From contig JBLWTJ010000001.1 in NCBI GenBank assembly GCA_048270185.1, positions 1,152,001-1,216,000 of the forward strand: a stretch of DNA of 64,000 bases, written 5' to 3'. The position numbers and the translations under genes were made by a program. This DNA is from Bacteriovoracaceae bacterium (GTDB lineage: Bacteria > Bdellovibrionota > Bacteriovoracia > Bacteriovoracales > Bacteriovoracaceae). Below are positions 28,403-38,475 of the stretch, in pieces. Numbering within the stretch: the stretch's first letter is position 1; each line of letters starts with the position of its first letter. The notes under the pieces are model-generated. The model was not told the origin of the DNA, ran no database searches, and saw only the letters and a list, made by a program, of their open reading frames with translations.

Positions 28403-29002
28403 ATGAAATTATTAATTAAAATTCTTATTCTTTCTCTTTCATTAAATGTCTTTGCAGGAACAGGTGGGATTAGCTCGCTATTTGGTTTCGGAGATAAAGA
28501 TGGAAAAGGAAAGAATGGAAGAGTAGATGCTGGTACAGGCGGTATCGTTGGCGGTGTCGATGAGCTAAAAGATCTTCAGCATAAAGACTGGAGTACAATT
28601 AGAGAAGCCGTTAAACAAGACTACAAGCTTGACCTTCAGGGGGATATTGCTTTTGTTGGGAAAATTGTCTCAGTTTTTGATGTTTGTATCAATAATGATA
28701 AAGTTCAAACAATCTCAAAACATCCAGTATATAAGCGAGTACGCTTAGCTGGAAACAGAGATAATGATCGTTATAAAGATGTTGTGATCGGACATAAGAG
28801 ATTGTCTTTCCCACTAACGAGAGAAGTAAAAAAACAAATTTGTTTTGGAAAGAGAGATAATAATTGTCGCGAGTACACTGAAGTTGAAAACTTTTCGCAG
28901 ACAAAGAAAATCACTCTACGTGTCGAGAAAAAGCATAGTAGAGAAAATATCGAATATAAGGATGTTTTCACAAAGCCTTATGACGTACCTTACTGCCAAT
29001 AA
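28403..29002 (+). CDS. secreted 4-Cys paralogue with Gly-rich leader (C2)
   Basis: Signal ending VFA, AGTGGI twice, WSTI, FDVC, C-x7-C, VPYCQ. Confidence 0.88.
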   Translation: MKLLIKILILSLSLNVFAGTGGISSLFGFGDKDGKGKNGRVDAGTGGIVGGVDELKDLQHKDWSTIREAVKQDYKLDLQGDIAFVGKIVSVFDVCINNDKVQTISKHPVYKRVRLAGNRDNDRYKDVVIGHKRLSFPLTREVKKQICFGKRDNNCREYTEVENFSQTKKITLRVEKKHSRENIEYKDVFTKPYDVPYCQ

Positions 29003-29021
29003 TCAAAAATAAGTGAAAGAC

Positions 29022-32000
29022 CTAGGCTTCTACGCCTAGGTCTCTTTCATTACTCTTTATTTCTAATTTAATTGAATTACTTGAAATTTTGAAACGAACA
29101 CCATGTTCGAAGCGCCCCTTAACATTATCTCTTAAAAGATCCTTTGTTAGCTCTTCTTCACATCTTAGAGTTCCACTTGCAGTGATACCTATTGAACGAT
29201 TTGGATTTGTATAGATTTTAACAAAATCAATTTTAGAAAGGACAAACGGCAATGATTCGATATAAGACTTGATTCCATCAAAATGGCGGCCTTTAACAAT
29301 CGTCTCTATTGTTGAGTCATCAAGGAATAAACTGGCATCAAATTCAATTTTCGAAAGAGCTACCTCGAGAGTATCTTTCATACTTCTTAAACTTTGTTTC
29401 GCTTCGCGATTTAGTTGTAGTTCCTTTTCCTTTTTCTTTCCTTTAAGGCTTCTTGACTGCTCTCTTAATAGCTCTAGAGATTCAATAATAGTCTTTGACT
29501 TCACTGTCTCTTGGTGAATATTAAGATTTAAACTTTCACACTCTGAGCGCAAGTCACGAATTTCTAAAGAAATTCCTTCTAATAGCTTACGACTATTACG
29601 ATTGGTATCATGGGCATCCTCAAGACTAGCAATAAGCTCATCTTTCTTCAGAAGAAGCTCTCCCTTTACTTTCACCGCTTCATCAATACTTTCTTTTAAA
29701 GTTATTCTCTCTTGAGTTGATTTATCTAATTTTTCTTCGAGATCATCAACTAGAGCTGATGCCTTATTTACTTCATTACGACGGGCCTTATATTCTTTTT
29801 CAACAATGGCCTTTTCATCAAGTTCAATCTTTAAAAGTTCTAGTTTCTCACTATGTAGTTGGTTTACTTGTGCCAGCTCAGAGTTACTTCTTTCAATTTC
29901 TTTACCTAGATGAATAATTTCACCTTTAGCATTTCTCGTATCTTGTTCAAGCTTTTTAATTTCTTCACTCAATTGAACTTTTCTAACGAGATTGGACTCG
30001 AGATTATCTTCTATTTCATTAATCTCAGCCTCAAGATTCGCCATTGAAGATCTAAGTTTATAACAGCTATTTTCTATTTTTGTTAACTCTTCATTACTAA
30101 CAATATTCTTATTCTGAAGCTCCTTACTCTTAATTAGTAACTCGGCTTTCTTATTTGTAAGCTCTGTATGCTTTTGATTCTGAGTTTCGATTGTAAAGAC
30201 GATATTTTCAATACTCTTTTCTGAATCGTTTATAAGACTATTAAGTACTTCTAATTCTGTTTGTATAAGTTTGTGTTGATCTTCATTTTCAGAAACTTTT
30301 AAATTCAGGGCTACAATACGATCATCAAGATTCTTCTTAGATAGAAGTCTAGCATCATATTTCTTATTCTTATTTGATACTTCTGAACGAATCCCCTCTA
30401 ATTGGTCTTCAAGGTTTGAAGCAATTTTAGCTTTCTTAGAAATAAGCTTATCAAGTCTCTTATTATTATTTTCAAGAGATGCCAGTTCAACTTCTTTCTT
30501 TGTAATACCATCTTTTAAAGTTACGATAATATTTTCAGATTCTTCAATTACTTCTAAGTTCTTAGCATGAAGTTGTGTATTTTTATTGATCTCATTATTT
30601 AACTGATCAATTTTACTCTCATACATTGAAATCTTATCTTCAATCGTTTCTAGCTTTGCGATAGTCGAATTAAGCTTGTCGCATAATTTATCGGCAATTG
30701 AAGAAAGACGATTATTTTCAGTCGCCAACTCCTCAACGGCAATTGCTTTTGCTTCAATTCGATTATTACCTATCTCAATTCGCCCCTTCAGGCTTCCAAG
30801 AGTTAAAAGTAATTCATTATTTGTATTATTTAATTTTTGTTCATCTTCTGATAATAGGCCTTGAAGAACATCTTGAGCTTCAACCTCTTCCAGTAATGCT
30901 TCTTTTGCTCTTGTCGATTTCTCCACCTTTAAGTTTAATAGATCGATACTCTTTCTAAGTCCTGAAATCGTAGTTTCAAGAGATAGCTTTTGAGTAGTAA
31001 GACGATTCTTTTCAAGCTCTAGGTTAATGATAGACTCACGAGCTTCAACCTCACTACCCTTTAACTCATTTAAAAGATGACGATGGTCGATCATTTCATT
31101 TGTAGCATTCTTAATCTGTTCTTCAAGACTTAGAATTTTCTTTTTGCGATTTGCATTATTAAATAGAGCTTTTGATTCTTTTGCCTTCAGCTCTTTAAGA
31201 CTCAAGTTAACTCTTTCAAATTCTTTATTTAACTCAGCAACACGATTATCTAATCTTATGCTTTCCGAAAGAACAGCTTCATATTCTTTCTTTGACTTCT
31301 TATAGTCACGATCAACTTGATCAATCTCGATAAGAGAAGATCCTTCTCTCGTTCTTAGTTCATCAAGCTTCTGCTTAGTTTCAACAATTGCCTTCTGAGT
31401 TTCAACAATCTTATCTTGGTATTTTTTGGTTTCATTAGCTAGAATCTTTAGATCTTCTACTAACTCTACTCTTTTCTTCTCTTTCTTCGTTAAATCTCTT
31501 TCTAAATCTTTTAAAGTTTCAAGTTCAACCTTCTCTGTTGTTTTAGTTGAACTCATCTCTGTCTCTATTGATTTAATTTCCGAATTTAGACGAGTAATTG
31601 ATTGTTGAATCTTTTCTTGGTTCGAATTGATCTCTCTAATATTTTCAATTCTAATAACGATTTCTTTTTCAGCTTCAAGCTTTTGCTCCATCAGGTTTGC
31701 TTGCTCAAGCCTTCCCTCTTCAAGCTTTGTTAATGCCTGCTCTCTATTGACCTTGAGTTTTTCACTCTTATCAAGTAAGTGTGAAACTTCCTTATTTAGC
31801 TTGATTCTTTCACCATCGAGAATTTCAATCGATTTATCACACTTGAGAATTTCTTCATTATCAAGTTTAATTTGTGCTTCAAATTTCTTAATTCTCTTCT
31901 TCGTTTCTTCTATTTGAGATTTAAGTCCACTATGAACATCTGTATTGCTAACACGATTACCACTTAGAACGTCAGTTTTACTCTTAAGAGTACTCTCTTG

Positions 32001-32447
32001 TCCTTTTAGGCTTGCGAGTTCTAATTGAATCTTATTTATTTCATCAAGTTTAGATGAATGATTTTCAGATAGTGATTCTACTTTTTCTTTTAGCGAGTTA
32101 ATTTGTGAAATGACTATTTTCTTTTGCTCAGTTAATTCGACAAGACTCTCTTCTTGGGCCTTGTTAAGTGATTTGATTTTTTGAATTCTTTGTTCAAGGA
32201 TTTCCTTATCCGCAACTTCATCAGTTAACGCTGATTGAATTCTCTTTAACTCATTTTCACTTTTAGACAGTTTAATTTTTTGTAATTCAATACTTCTCTT
32301 AAGCTCACCATTACTTTTAACAAGACCATTAAGATCTCTTGTCGATTGCTCTAGGGCCTTATCGTTTGCTTCTTGTAATTTAAGTATTTCTTCCTGAGAG
32401 ACAGGTTCATTAATAGTCTTTTTACTTCGTAATTTAAATAGATTCAT
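29022..32447 (-). CDS. very long coiled-coil protein (~1140 aa) with small C-terminal globular domain
   Basis: Continuous heptad-like E/K/L/I composition, no Walker motifs or TM; ATG 32447 after GAGG RBS (ORF open from 32477). Confidence 0.85.
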   Translation of the reverse strand: MNLFKLRSKKTINEPVSQEEILKLQEANDKALEQSTRDLNGLVKSNGELKRSIELQKIKLSKSENELKRIQSALTDEVADKEILEQRIQKIKSLNKAQEESLVELTEQKKIVISQINSLKEKVESLSENHSSKLDEINKIQLELASLKGQESTLKSKTDVLSGNRVSNTDVHSGLKSQIEETKKRIKKFEAQIKLDNEEILKCDKSIEILDGERIKLNKEVSHLLDKSEKLKVNREQALTKLEEGRLEQANLMEQKLEAEKEIVIRIENIREINSNQEKIQQSITRLNSEIKSIETEMSSTKTTEKVELETLKDLERDLTKKEKKRVELVEDLKILANETKKYQDKIVETQKAIVETKQKLDELRTREGSSLIEIDQVDRDYKKSKKEYEAVLSESIRLDNRVAELNKEFERVNLSLKELKAKESKALFNNANRKKKILSLEEQIKNATNEMIDHRHLLNELKGSEVEARESIINLELEKNRLTTQKLSLETTISGLRKSIDLLNLKVEKSTRAKEALLEEVEAQDVLQGLLSEDEQKLNNTNNELLLTLGSLKGRIEIGNNRIEAKAIAVEELATENNRLSSIADKLCDKLNSTIAKLETIEDKISMYESKIDQLNNEINKNTQLHAKNLEVIEESENIIVTLKDGITKKEVELASLENNNKRLDKLISKKAKIASNLEDQLEGIRSEVSNKNKKYDARLLSKKNLDDRIVALNLKVSENEDQHKLIQTELEVLNSLINDSEKSIENIVFTIETQNQKHTELTNKKAELLIKSKELQNKNIVSNEELTKIENSCYKLRSSMANLEAEINEIEDNLESNLVRKVQLSEEIKKLEQDTRNAKGEIIHLGKEIERSNSELAQVNQLHSEKLELLKIELDEKAIVEKEYKARRNEVNKASALVDDLEEKLDKSTQERITLKESIDEAVKVKGELLLKKDELIASLEDAHDTNRNSRKLLEGISLEIRDLRSECESLNLNIHQETVKSKTIIESLELLREQSRSLKGKKKEKELQLNREAKQSLRSMKDTLEVALSKIEFDASLFLDDSTIETIVKGRHFDGIKSYIESLPFVLSKIDFVKIYTNPNRSIGITASGTLRCEEELTKDLLRDNVKGRFEHGVRFKISSNSIKLEIKSNERDLGVEA

Positions 32448-32618
32448 ATGGTTCCTCGCTACACTATATTTTCTCACTAAAGCCCTTTAAAATAAGCAGG
32501 TGGCAAGATTTGCATTGGCGCAGCGCTAAGTTATTTTAGGCCATGTGATATCAATGGATTTGGACGATTAACCGAGCAAACTACTTTGCTTTAAACTCTT
32601 GTCTTCGCTTTCTTAAGC

Positions 32619-33425
32619 GTGCATATTAGCTACATGATTTTTTTAATATATATGGCCGTTGGCGCTTTTGTTGGAACACTCTCGGGACTCTTTGGAATTG
32701 GAGGCGGTATTGTCATTGTTCCAACTCTTCTTTATATCTTTCAAGAACAGGGATTTAACCCTAAAGTGACTATGTTCATGGCACTTGGAACTTCACTTGC
32801 AACCATTGCAATAACGGCCGGAGCATCAACTCTACGCCATTACAATATGGGTAATTTACTTGATGAAGTGACAAAGAAACTACTACCTGGTCTCTTTCTT
32901 GGAATCATAGGTGGCGGTTTACTAACAAAAGCAGTTGAAGCTTCGACTCTTGAGATTGTCTTTATTTGTTATCTCTACTTAATTTCTCTAAAAATGATCT
33001 TCTATAAGTCCAAGGTTGAAGAACCTAAAAAGACATCTCCCCTGCTGTTTTCAATTACTGGTTTTCTCATTGGATTTAAATCATCAATTCTTGGCATTGG
33101 TGGTGGAACAATTAGTGTTCCCTTTATGACTTGGCGTGGTTATCAAATGAAGAACGCTGTGGCAGTCTCTGCTTCGCTAGGGGTGCCAATTTCGTTAATC
33201 GGAAGTAGCTTCTACATATATAATGGCCTTGAGAAAGCGACACCGCAGTACTCTCTTGGGTATATCTACCTACCGGCATTCTTTGGAATCTGCATTGCTA
33301 GCTTCTTCTTTACAAAGCTTGGAGCAAAGATATCAACAGTCGCTAATCAAGCGCTGCTTAAGAAATTCTTTGCCTTGATGTTAATTGGAATTGCAGTTAA
33401 GAAAAGCCTGGTTTATTTCAACTAA
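32619..33425 (+). CDS. TauE/SafE (TSUP) family transporter
   Basis: GLFGIGGGIVIVP, GTSLA, LGIGGGTISVP; start may be ATG 32634. Confidence 0.93.
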   Translation: MHISYMIFLIYMAVGAFVGTLSGLFGIGGGIVIVPTLLYIFQEQGFNPKVTMFMALGTSLATIAITAGASTLRHYNMGNLLDEVTKKLLPGLFLGIIGGGLLTKAVEASTLEIVFICYLYLISLKMIFYKSKVEEPKKTSPLLFSITGFLIGFKSSILGIGGGTISVPFMTWRGYQMKNAVAVSASLGVPISLIGSSFYIYNGLEKATPQYSLGYIYLPAFFGICIASFFFTKLGAKISTVANQALLKKFFALMLIGIAVKKSLVYFN

Positions 33426-33883
33426 ACGTTCAAAGCTTTATTAATAACTTGTTTCAAACTAATAAAAGATTCAGTTGATTGAATTTCTTTGATGATTTGT
33501 ATTTTACCGATAAGAAAGTCATGGAAGTGATTAATATCTTTCACAATAATCTTAACAATGAGACCAAAATCCCCGGTAGTATAATAGGCCTCAACAACTT
33601 CATCAATTTTCTCTAATTTCTCAATGACCTTATGGATATCACGAGCGTTCACTAAGTGAAGTCCAAGTAGGACCACTACACCATGGCCTAATTTTGAGTA
33701 ATCGACTTTAACACTACTACCAATAATAATGCCGGCCTCTTTCAGTTTTTCAACTCTTTGATGGATAGTTCCTCCGGAGACCCCTATTTTACGGGCCATT
33801 TCGAGGAAGGGCATACGGGCATCTTCTTCCATTAATTTAATAATTCTCTTATCAGTACTATCAATTTCGTATTTTTCGGCCAT
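33422..33883 (-). CDS. asnC: Lrp/AsnC family regulator
   Basis: DARMPFLEMARKIGVSGGTIHQRVEKLKEAGII, VVEAYYTTG, IQSTESFISL; divergent from asnB. Confidence 0.9.
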   Translation of the reverse strand: MAEKYEIDSTDKRIIKLMEEDARMPFLEMARKIGVSGGTIHQRVEKLKEAGIIIGSSVKVDYSKLGHGVVVLLGLHLVNARDIHKVIEKLEKIDEVVEAYYTTGDFGLIVKIIVKDINHFHDFLIGKIQIIKEIQSTESFISLKQVINKALNV

Positions 33884-34011
33884 TTATAACTCCAATAATA
33901 CGATATTATCATAAAAAACATCAGTTTATTAAATAATCATCAAAATGAACACTAAAGTATTGAGAAATTGTTAAAAAATGTCGATTATTACTTACGATAT
34001 GGAGGTTTTCG

Positions 34012-35592
34012 ATGTGCGGATTTAGTGTATTTACAGGAAAAGTTGAAAAAGAAGAATTTACAGAGAAATTTGATCTCATCTCTCACCGAGGGCCAGATCA
34101 AAGAGCAATTCATGAACTAGCTCATGGGTTAATGGGATTTCATCGTCTTGCCATTATGGACTTAAGCGAAGCTGGTTCACAGCCGTTTATTTCTAAGGCC
34201 AAGACACATCTTGTTTGTAATGGAGAAATCTACAATCACCGCACACTTAGAACTGACTATATCGAAAGATATGATTTTAAATCAGATTCAGATTGTGAAG
34301 TCATTATTCCAATCTTTGAAGAATATGGAATTGAAAAACTTCTTAGAAGCCTTGATGGTGAATTCGCCTTTGTTATTGAACAAGATGGTAAATTCTATGC
34401 TGGCCGTGATCCAATCGGTATTCGCCCACTCTTCTATGGAAAATCACTTACAGATGGAAAGGTTGCCTTTGCGAGTGAAGTAAAAGCACTACAAGGACTA
34501 TGTGAAGATATAAAACCATTTCCTCCAGGACACTACTATGAAGATGGTGAGATTAAGTCATACTTTGATGTTAGAGAAATTAAAACACGTAAAGAAGAAG
34601 ACTTAGAAGTTATCTATAAAGGTATTCACGACCACTTAGTGGAAGGAGTAAGAAAGCGTCTCGATGCTGATGCACCAGTTGGATTCTTACTATCAGGAGG
34701 ACTTGATTCTTCACTTGTTTGCGCTATCGCAGCAAAGCTTAGTGATCGTCCAATTAAAACATTTGCCGTTGGAATTGATACAAATCCAATTGATTTAAAG
34801 TATGCACGCATTGTTGCTGACTTTCTAGGAAGTGAGCACCACGAAGTTATCTTTACCAAAGAAGAGGCCTTTGAGCATTTAGATGAGCTTGTTCACAAGC
34901 TTGAAACATGGGATATCACGACGATTAGAGCATCAATGGGTATGTCTCTTGTGTGCAAGTACATCCGAGAGAAAACTGATGTGAAGGTTGTTCTAACTGG
35001 TGAAGTAAGTGATGAACTCTTTGGCTATAAGTATACTGATTTTGCACCAAGTGCACTAGAATTCCAAAAAGAAGCTCAAAAACGTGTTCATGAATTATAT
35101 GTTTACGATGTTCTTAGAGCTGATCGCTCAATTAGTTCACACTCTCTTGAGGCCCGCGTTCCTTTTAGCGATAAGTCTTTTATTGAATATGTCATGGGAA
35201 TTGCTCCTGAGCAAAAAATGAACTGGTCAGGAGAAGGAAAGTATCTTCTAAGAAAAGCATTTGATCATAGCGACTATCTTCCTGATGAAATCCTATGGCG
35301 CGAAAAAGCGGCTTTTTCAGATGCTGTAGGACATGACATGGTTGACTGGTTAAAGGCTCTAGCAGAAGAGAAGTACAGCGATTCTGAGCTTGCTGATGCA
35401 GCTTTAAAATACCCAGTAGGAACTCCTTTTACAAAAGAATCTTTAATGTATCGTGACCTTTTTGAGAGTCATTTTGCAGGTCTTGTTGATTTAATTCCAG
35501 ATTTTTGGATGCCTAATAAAGAATGGGAAAATTGTCAGGTTGATGACCCTTCGGCCCGCGTTCTTCCAAATTACGGTGATTCAGGAAAATAG
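34012..35592 (+). CDS. asnB: asparagine synthetase B (glutamine-hydrolysing)
   Basis: N-terminal MCG, HRGPD, NGEIYN, LSGGLDSS, LEARVPF. Confidence 0.96.
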   Translation: MCGFSVFTGKVEKEEFTEKFDLISHRGPDQRAIHELAHGLMGFHRLAIMDLSEAGSQPFISKAKTHLVCNGEIYNHRTLRTDYIERYDFKSDSDCEVIIPIFEEYGIEKLLRSLDGEFAFVIEQDGKFYAGRDPIGIRPLFYGKSLTDGKVAFASEVKALQGLCEDIKPFPPGHYYEDGEIKSYFDVREIKTRKEEDLEVIYKGIHDHLVEGVRKRLDADAPVGFLLSGGLDSSLVCAIAAKLSDRPIKTFAVGIDTNPIDLKYARIVADFLGSEHHEVIFTKEEAFEHLDELVHKLETWDITTIRASMGMSLVCKYIREKTDVKVVLTGEVSDELFGYKYTDFAPSALEFQKEAQKRVHELYVYDVLRADRSISSHSLEARVPFSDKSFIEYVMGIAPEQKMNWSGEGKYLLRKAFDHSDYLPDEILWREKAAFSDAVGHDMVDWLKALAEEKYSDSELADAALKYPVGTPFTKESLMYRDLFESHFAGLVDLIPDFWMPNKEWENCQVDDPSARVLPNYGDSGK

Positions 35593-35649
35593 TCTGTTCC
35601 GGCTCCTGCCTCCCGCAGACATACCGTACATTTTGTACATAAAAAAGCA

Positions 35650-35676
35650 AAAGCCCCTCAATTGAGGGGCCTTTTT
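35650..35676. terminator. bidirectional terminator between asnB and lon
   Basis: Palindrome GCCCCTCAATTGAGGGGC flanked by A-run and T-run. Confidence 0.85.
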
Positions 35677-35712
35677 AACAAGTATTAATTAATTTTACAG
35701 GAGGAAAGCAGC

Positions 35713-38121
35713 CTAGTTAGCTACTTCCATCCCTTTCCCAGAGTCAATTACTTTTAAACCTACATGTTGCATGAACTTCTCTGGCTCAGATAGATTTAGA
35801 GCTAGTTTTAGTACATCTTCAACATGAGTTACAGGATGAACTGAAAGTCCTTGTTTGATTTCCGGTGGGATCTCAAGTAGGTCTTTTCTATTCTTCTCAG
35901 GAATAATAACAGTTGTTACTCCTGCCTGTTTTGCTGCAAGCATTTTTTCCTTTAGGCCACCAATTGGAAGAACACGTCCTCTAATTGTTACCTCTCCAGT
36001 CATTGCGACATCTTGTCTTACAGGGATTCCCGAAATCGCCGAAGTGATTGCAGTTACCATTGTAATACCAGCAGATGGTCCATCTTTTGGAGTTGCACCT
36101 TCTGGTGCGTGGATATGAATATCATGCTTATCAAACCATTCTGCATCAACACCTAAGCGTCCTGCAATTGAACGTACATAGCTCATTGCCGCTTTTGCTG
36201 ATTCAGTCATTACTTCACCAAGCTTACCAGTGATTTGAATACCACCTTTACCTGGAACAGCAATCACTTCGATATGAAGAAGACATCCACCAACTGAAGT
36301 ATAAGCTAGACCATTTACTAAACCTACTTCTGGCTGCTCTTCAATCACATTGTCATCAAATTTAACAGGCCCTAGATATTTCTGAACTTGTTTTGAAGTG
36401 ATTGAGAACTTCTTCCCTTTCTCGATATCTCTCGTTACAACATCAGTTGCAATCTTTCTTGCAATTGTGTTGAATTGTCTTTCAAGCCCACGAACACCTG
36501 ACTCTTTTGTATAACCACGAACAACTTCCATGATTGTATTGTCAGAGATTGCATATTCATAATCTTTAAGACCGTTATCTTTCCAAGCACGTGGTGCAAG
36601 GTATTTCTTAGCAATTTGAGTTTTTTCGATTGGAGTGTAACCTGCAAGGTTAATGATCTCCATTCTATCTCTTAGAGGACCTGGAATTTGTCCTAGGTCA
36701 TTTGCTGTCATAACGAACATAACTTTTGATAGATCGTATTCTACTTCAATGTAGTGATCTCCAAAGTTCTTATTCTGAGCTGGGTCTAGTACTTCTAGCA
36801 TTGCTGAAGCAGGATCCCCTCTCATATCAGAAGTCATTTTATCAATTTCATCTAGTAAGATAACTGGGTTTGAAGTCCCTGCTTTCTTAACAGCATTGAT
36901 AATTTTCCCTGGCATCGCACCAACATATGTACGACGGTGACCACGGATTTCTGATTCATCGCGAACACCACCAAGAGAAACTCTTTCAAATTTTCTTCCT
37001 AGTGATTCAGCTAGAGACTGACAAATCGACGTTTTACCAACACCTGGAGGCCCAGCAAGACAAAGGATTGTTCCCTTACCATCTGTTCCAACAAGACTTC
37101 TTACCGCAAGATACTCAAGAATTCTTTCTTTAACATCTTTCATTCCGAAGTGGTGATCGTCTAGTACTGCTCTTGCATGTTCAACGTCATTATTATCTTC
37201 TGTATACTCTCCCCATGGAAGAGAAAGCATCCAATCAATATAGTTTCTAACAACCGCTGATTCAGCAGACATTGGAGACATTGATTTAAGCTTTTTAATT
37301 TCTTTTGTAACTTTCTTAACGGCCTCTTCTGGCATTACTTTCTTAGCAAGACGCTCTTCCATTTCTTGAACTTCAGATTTTTCATCTTTTTGCCCAAGTT
37401 CTTTTTGGATAGCATTCATTTGCTCGTTTAAGTAGTACTCTTTCTGAGACTTTTCCATTTGAGATTTTACGCGAGTTCTAATTCTTCTCTCAACGTTAAT
37501 AATCTCGATTTCACCTTGCATTTTCTCAAGAAGAAGTTGAAGTCTCTTCTCAATATCCACAGCTTCAAGGATCTCTTGTTTTTCAGGGATCTTCATTGAA
37601 AGGTGGGCAACGATGATATCAGCTAATCTTGAAGGATCAGTGATTGATGAAATACTCATAAGTAATTCTGGTGGAATTCTCTTATTAAGTTTCACATATT
37701 GTTCAAATACATTCTTAATTGATCTAACTGTTGCTTCGATTTTAACTTGCTCAGGTACTTCTGGCACACATTTAGTAACGTCGGCCCAATAACCTTCACT
37801 CTTTGATTCGAACTCTTCAATTGTTGCTCTATACTTCCCTTCGATAAGTACTTTAACAGTATTATCTGGAAGACGTAGCATTTGAATAATATTTACAACA
37901 GTTCCAATATTGTAAACATCTTCACGATCAGGGTTTAAGATGCTTGCATCCTTTTGTGTTACTAGAAAGAGCTCATTACCATTTTTTGATGCTTCTTCAA
38001 GAGCGTTGATAGACTTCTCTCTTCCAACAAATAGTGGTACCACCATGTGTGGAAAAATAATCATGTCTCTTAACGGAAGTAATGGTAAGCTTTTCGACTC
38101 ATTAGACTTCTTGTCTGACAT
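35713..38121 (-). CDS. lon: ATP-dependent protease La
   Basis: LPLLPLRD, GPPGVGKTS, DEIDK, PKDGPSAG, IGGLKEK; ATG 38121 after GGAGG. Confidence 0.98.
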   Translation of the reverse strand: MSDKKSNESKSLPLLPLRDMIIFPHMVVPLFVGREKSINALEEASKNGNELFLVTQKDASILNPDREDVYNIGTVVNIIQMLRLPDNTVKVLIEGKYRATIEEFESKSEGYWADVTKCVPEVPEQVKIEATVRSIKNVFEQYVKLNKRIPPELLMSISSITDPSRLADIIVAHLSMKIPEKQEILEAVDIEKRLQLLLEKMQGEIEIINVERRIRTRVKSQMEKSQKEYYLNEQMNAIQKELGQKDEKSEVQEMEERLAKKVMPEEAVKKVTKEIKKLKSMSPMSAESAVVRNYIDWMLSLPWGEYTEDNNDVEHARAVLDDHHFGMKDVKERILEYLAVRSLVGTDGKGTILCLAGPPGVGKTSICQSLAESLGRKFERVSLGGVRDESEIRGHRRTYVGAMPGKIINAVKKAGTSNPVILLDEIDKMTSDMRGDPASAMLEVLDPAQNKNFGDHYIEVEYDLSKVMFVMTANDLGQIPGPLRDRMEIINLAGYTPIEKTQIAKKYLAPRAWKDNGLKDYEYAISDNTIMEVVRGYTKESGVRGLERQFNTIARKIATDVVTRDIEKGKKFSITSKQVQKYLGPVKFDDNVIEEQPEVGLVNGLAYTSVGGCLLHIEVIAVPGKGGIQITGKLGEVMTESAKAAMSYVRSIAGRLGVDAEWFDKHDIHIHAPEGATPKDGPSAGITMVTAITSAISGIPVRQDVAMTGEVTIRGRVLPIGGLKEKMLAAKQAGVTTVIIPEKNRKDLLEIPPEIKQGLSVHPVTHVEDVLKLALNLSEPEKFMQHVGLKVIDSGKGMEVAN

Positions 38122-38417
38122 AGCACCTCCTGCACTATTAATACTTGTCATTTAATTCTGGGAAAAGGAGAAGAGTTATGTAGACCTCATGTCTAAATCT
38201 TAACCTTTTATAAATTGTATCAATGATGGCCATAGATTTGGGGATTTTTTTTGCAGGAATCTTATGCCCCTAAATAAATTCACAGTGCAAAAACCTATAT
38301 TTTTAAGGGCTTAACATACCTGAGTGATGAACACAGTTTAGCTAAAAAAATCTGACATTTATAAATGGTCTCAAAATGCACTTTGTAAAAATTAATTGAA
38401 ATGAAAATTTTCTTGAT

Positions 38418-38445
38418 AAAAAAAAGGCCAGACATAAGTCTGGCC
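38418..38445 (-). terminator. intrinsic terminator of the DUF3373-like gene
   Basis: A-run then GGCCAGAC-ATAA-GTCTGGCC; near-identical to 42477-42504. Confidence 0.85.
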
Positions 38446-38475
38446 CATTATGGAGTAAGTTGTATTTAAAACTTC

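Noticed and set aside
29022..32477. SMC/SbcC chromosome segregation ATPase
   Set aside because: No Walker A/B, signature motif or hinge; only generic coiled coil.
32499..32514. sigma54 promoter-like TGGCAAGATTTGCA
   Set aside because: GG to GC spacing is 8 nt rather than the required 10.
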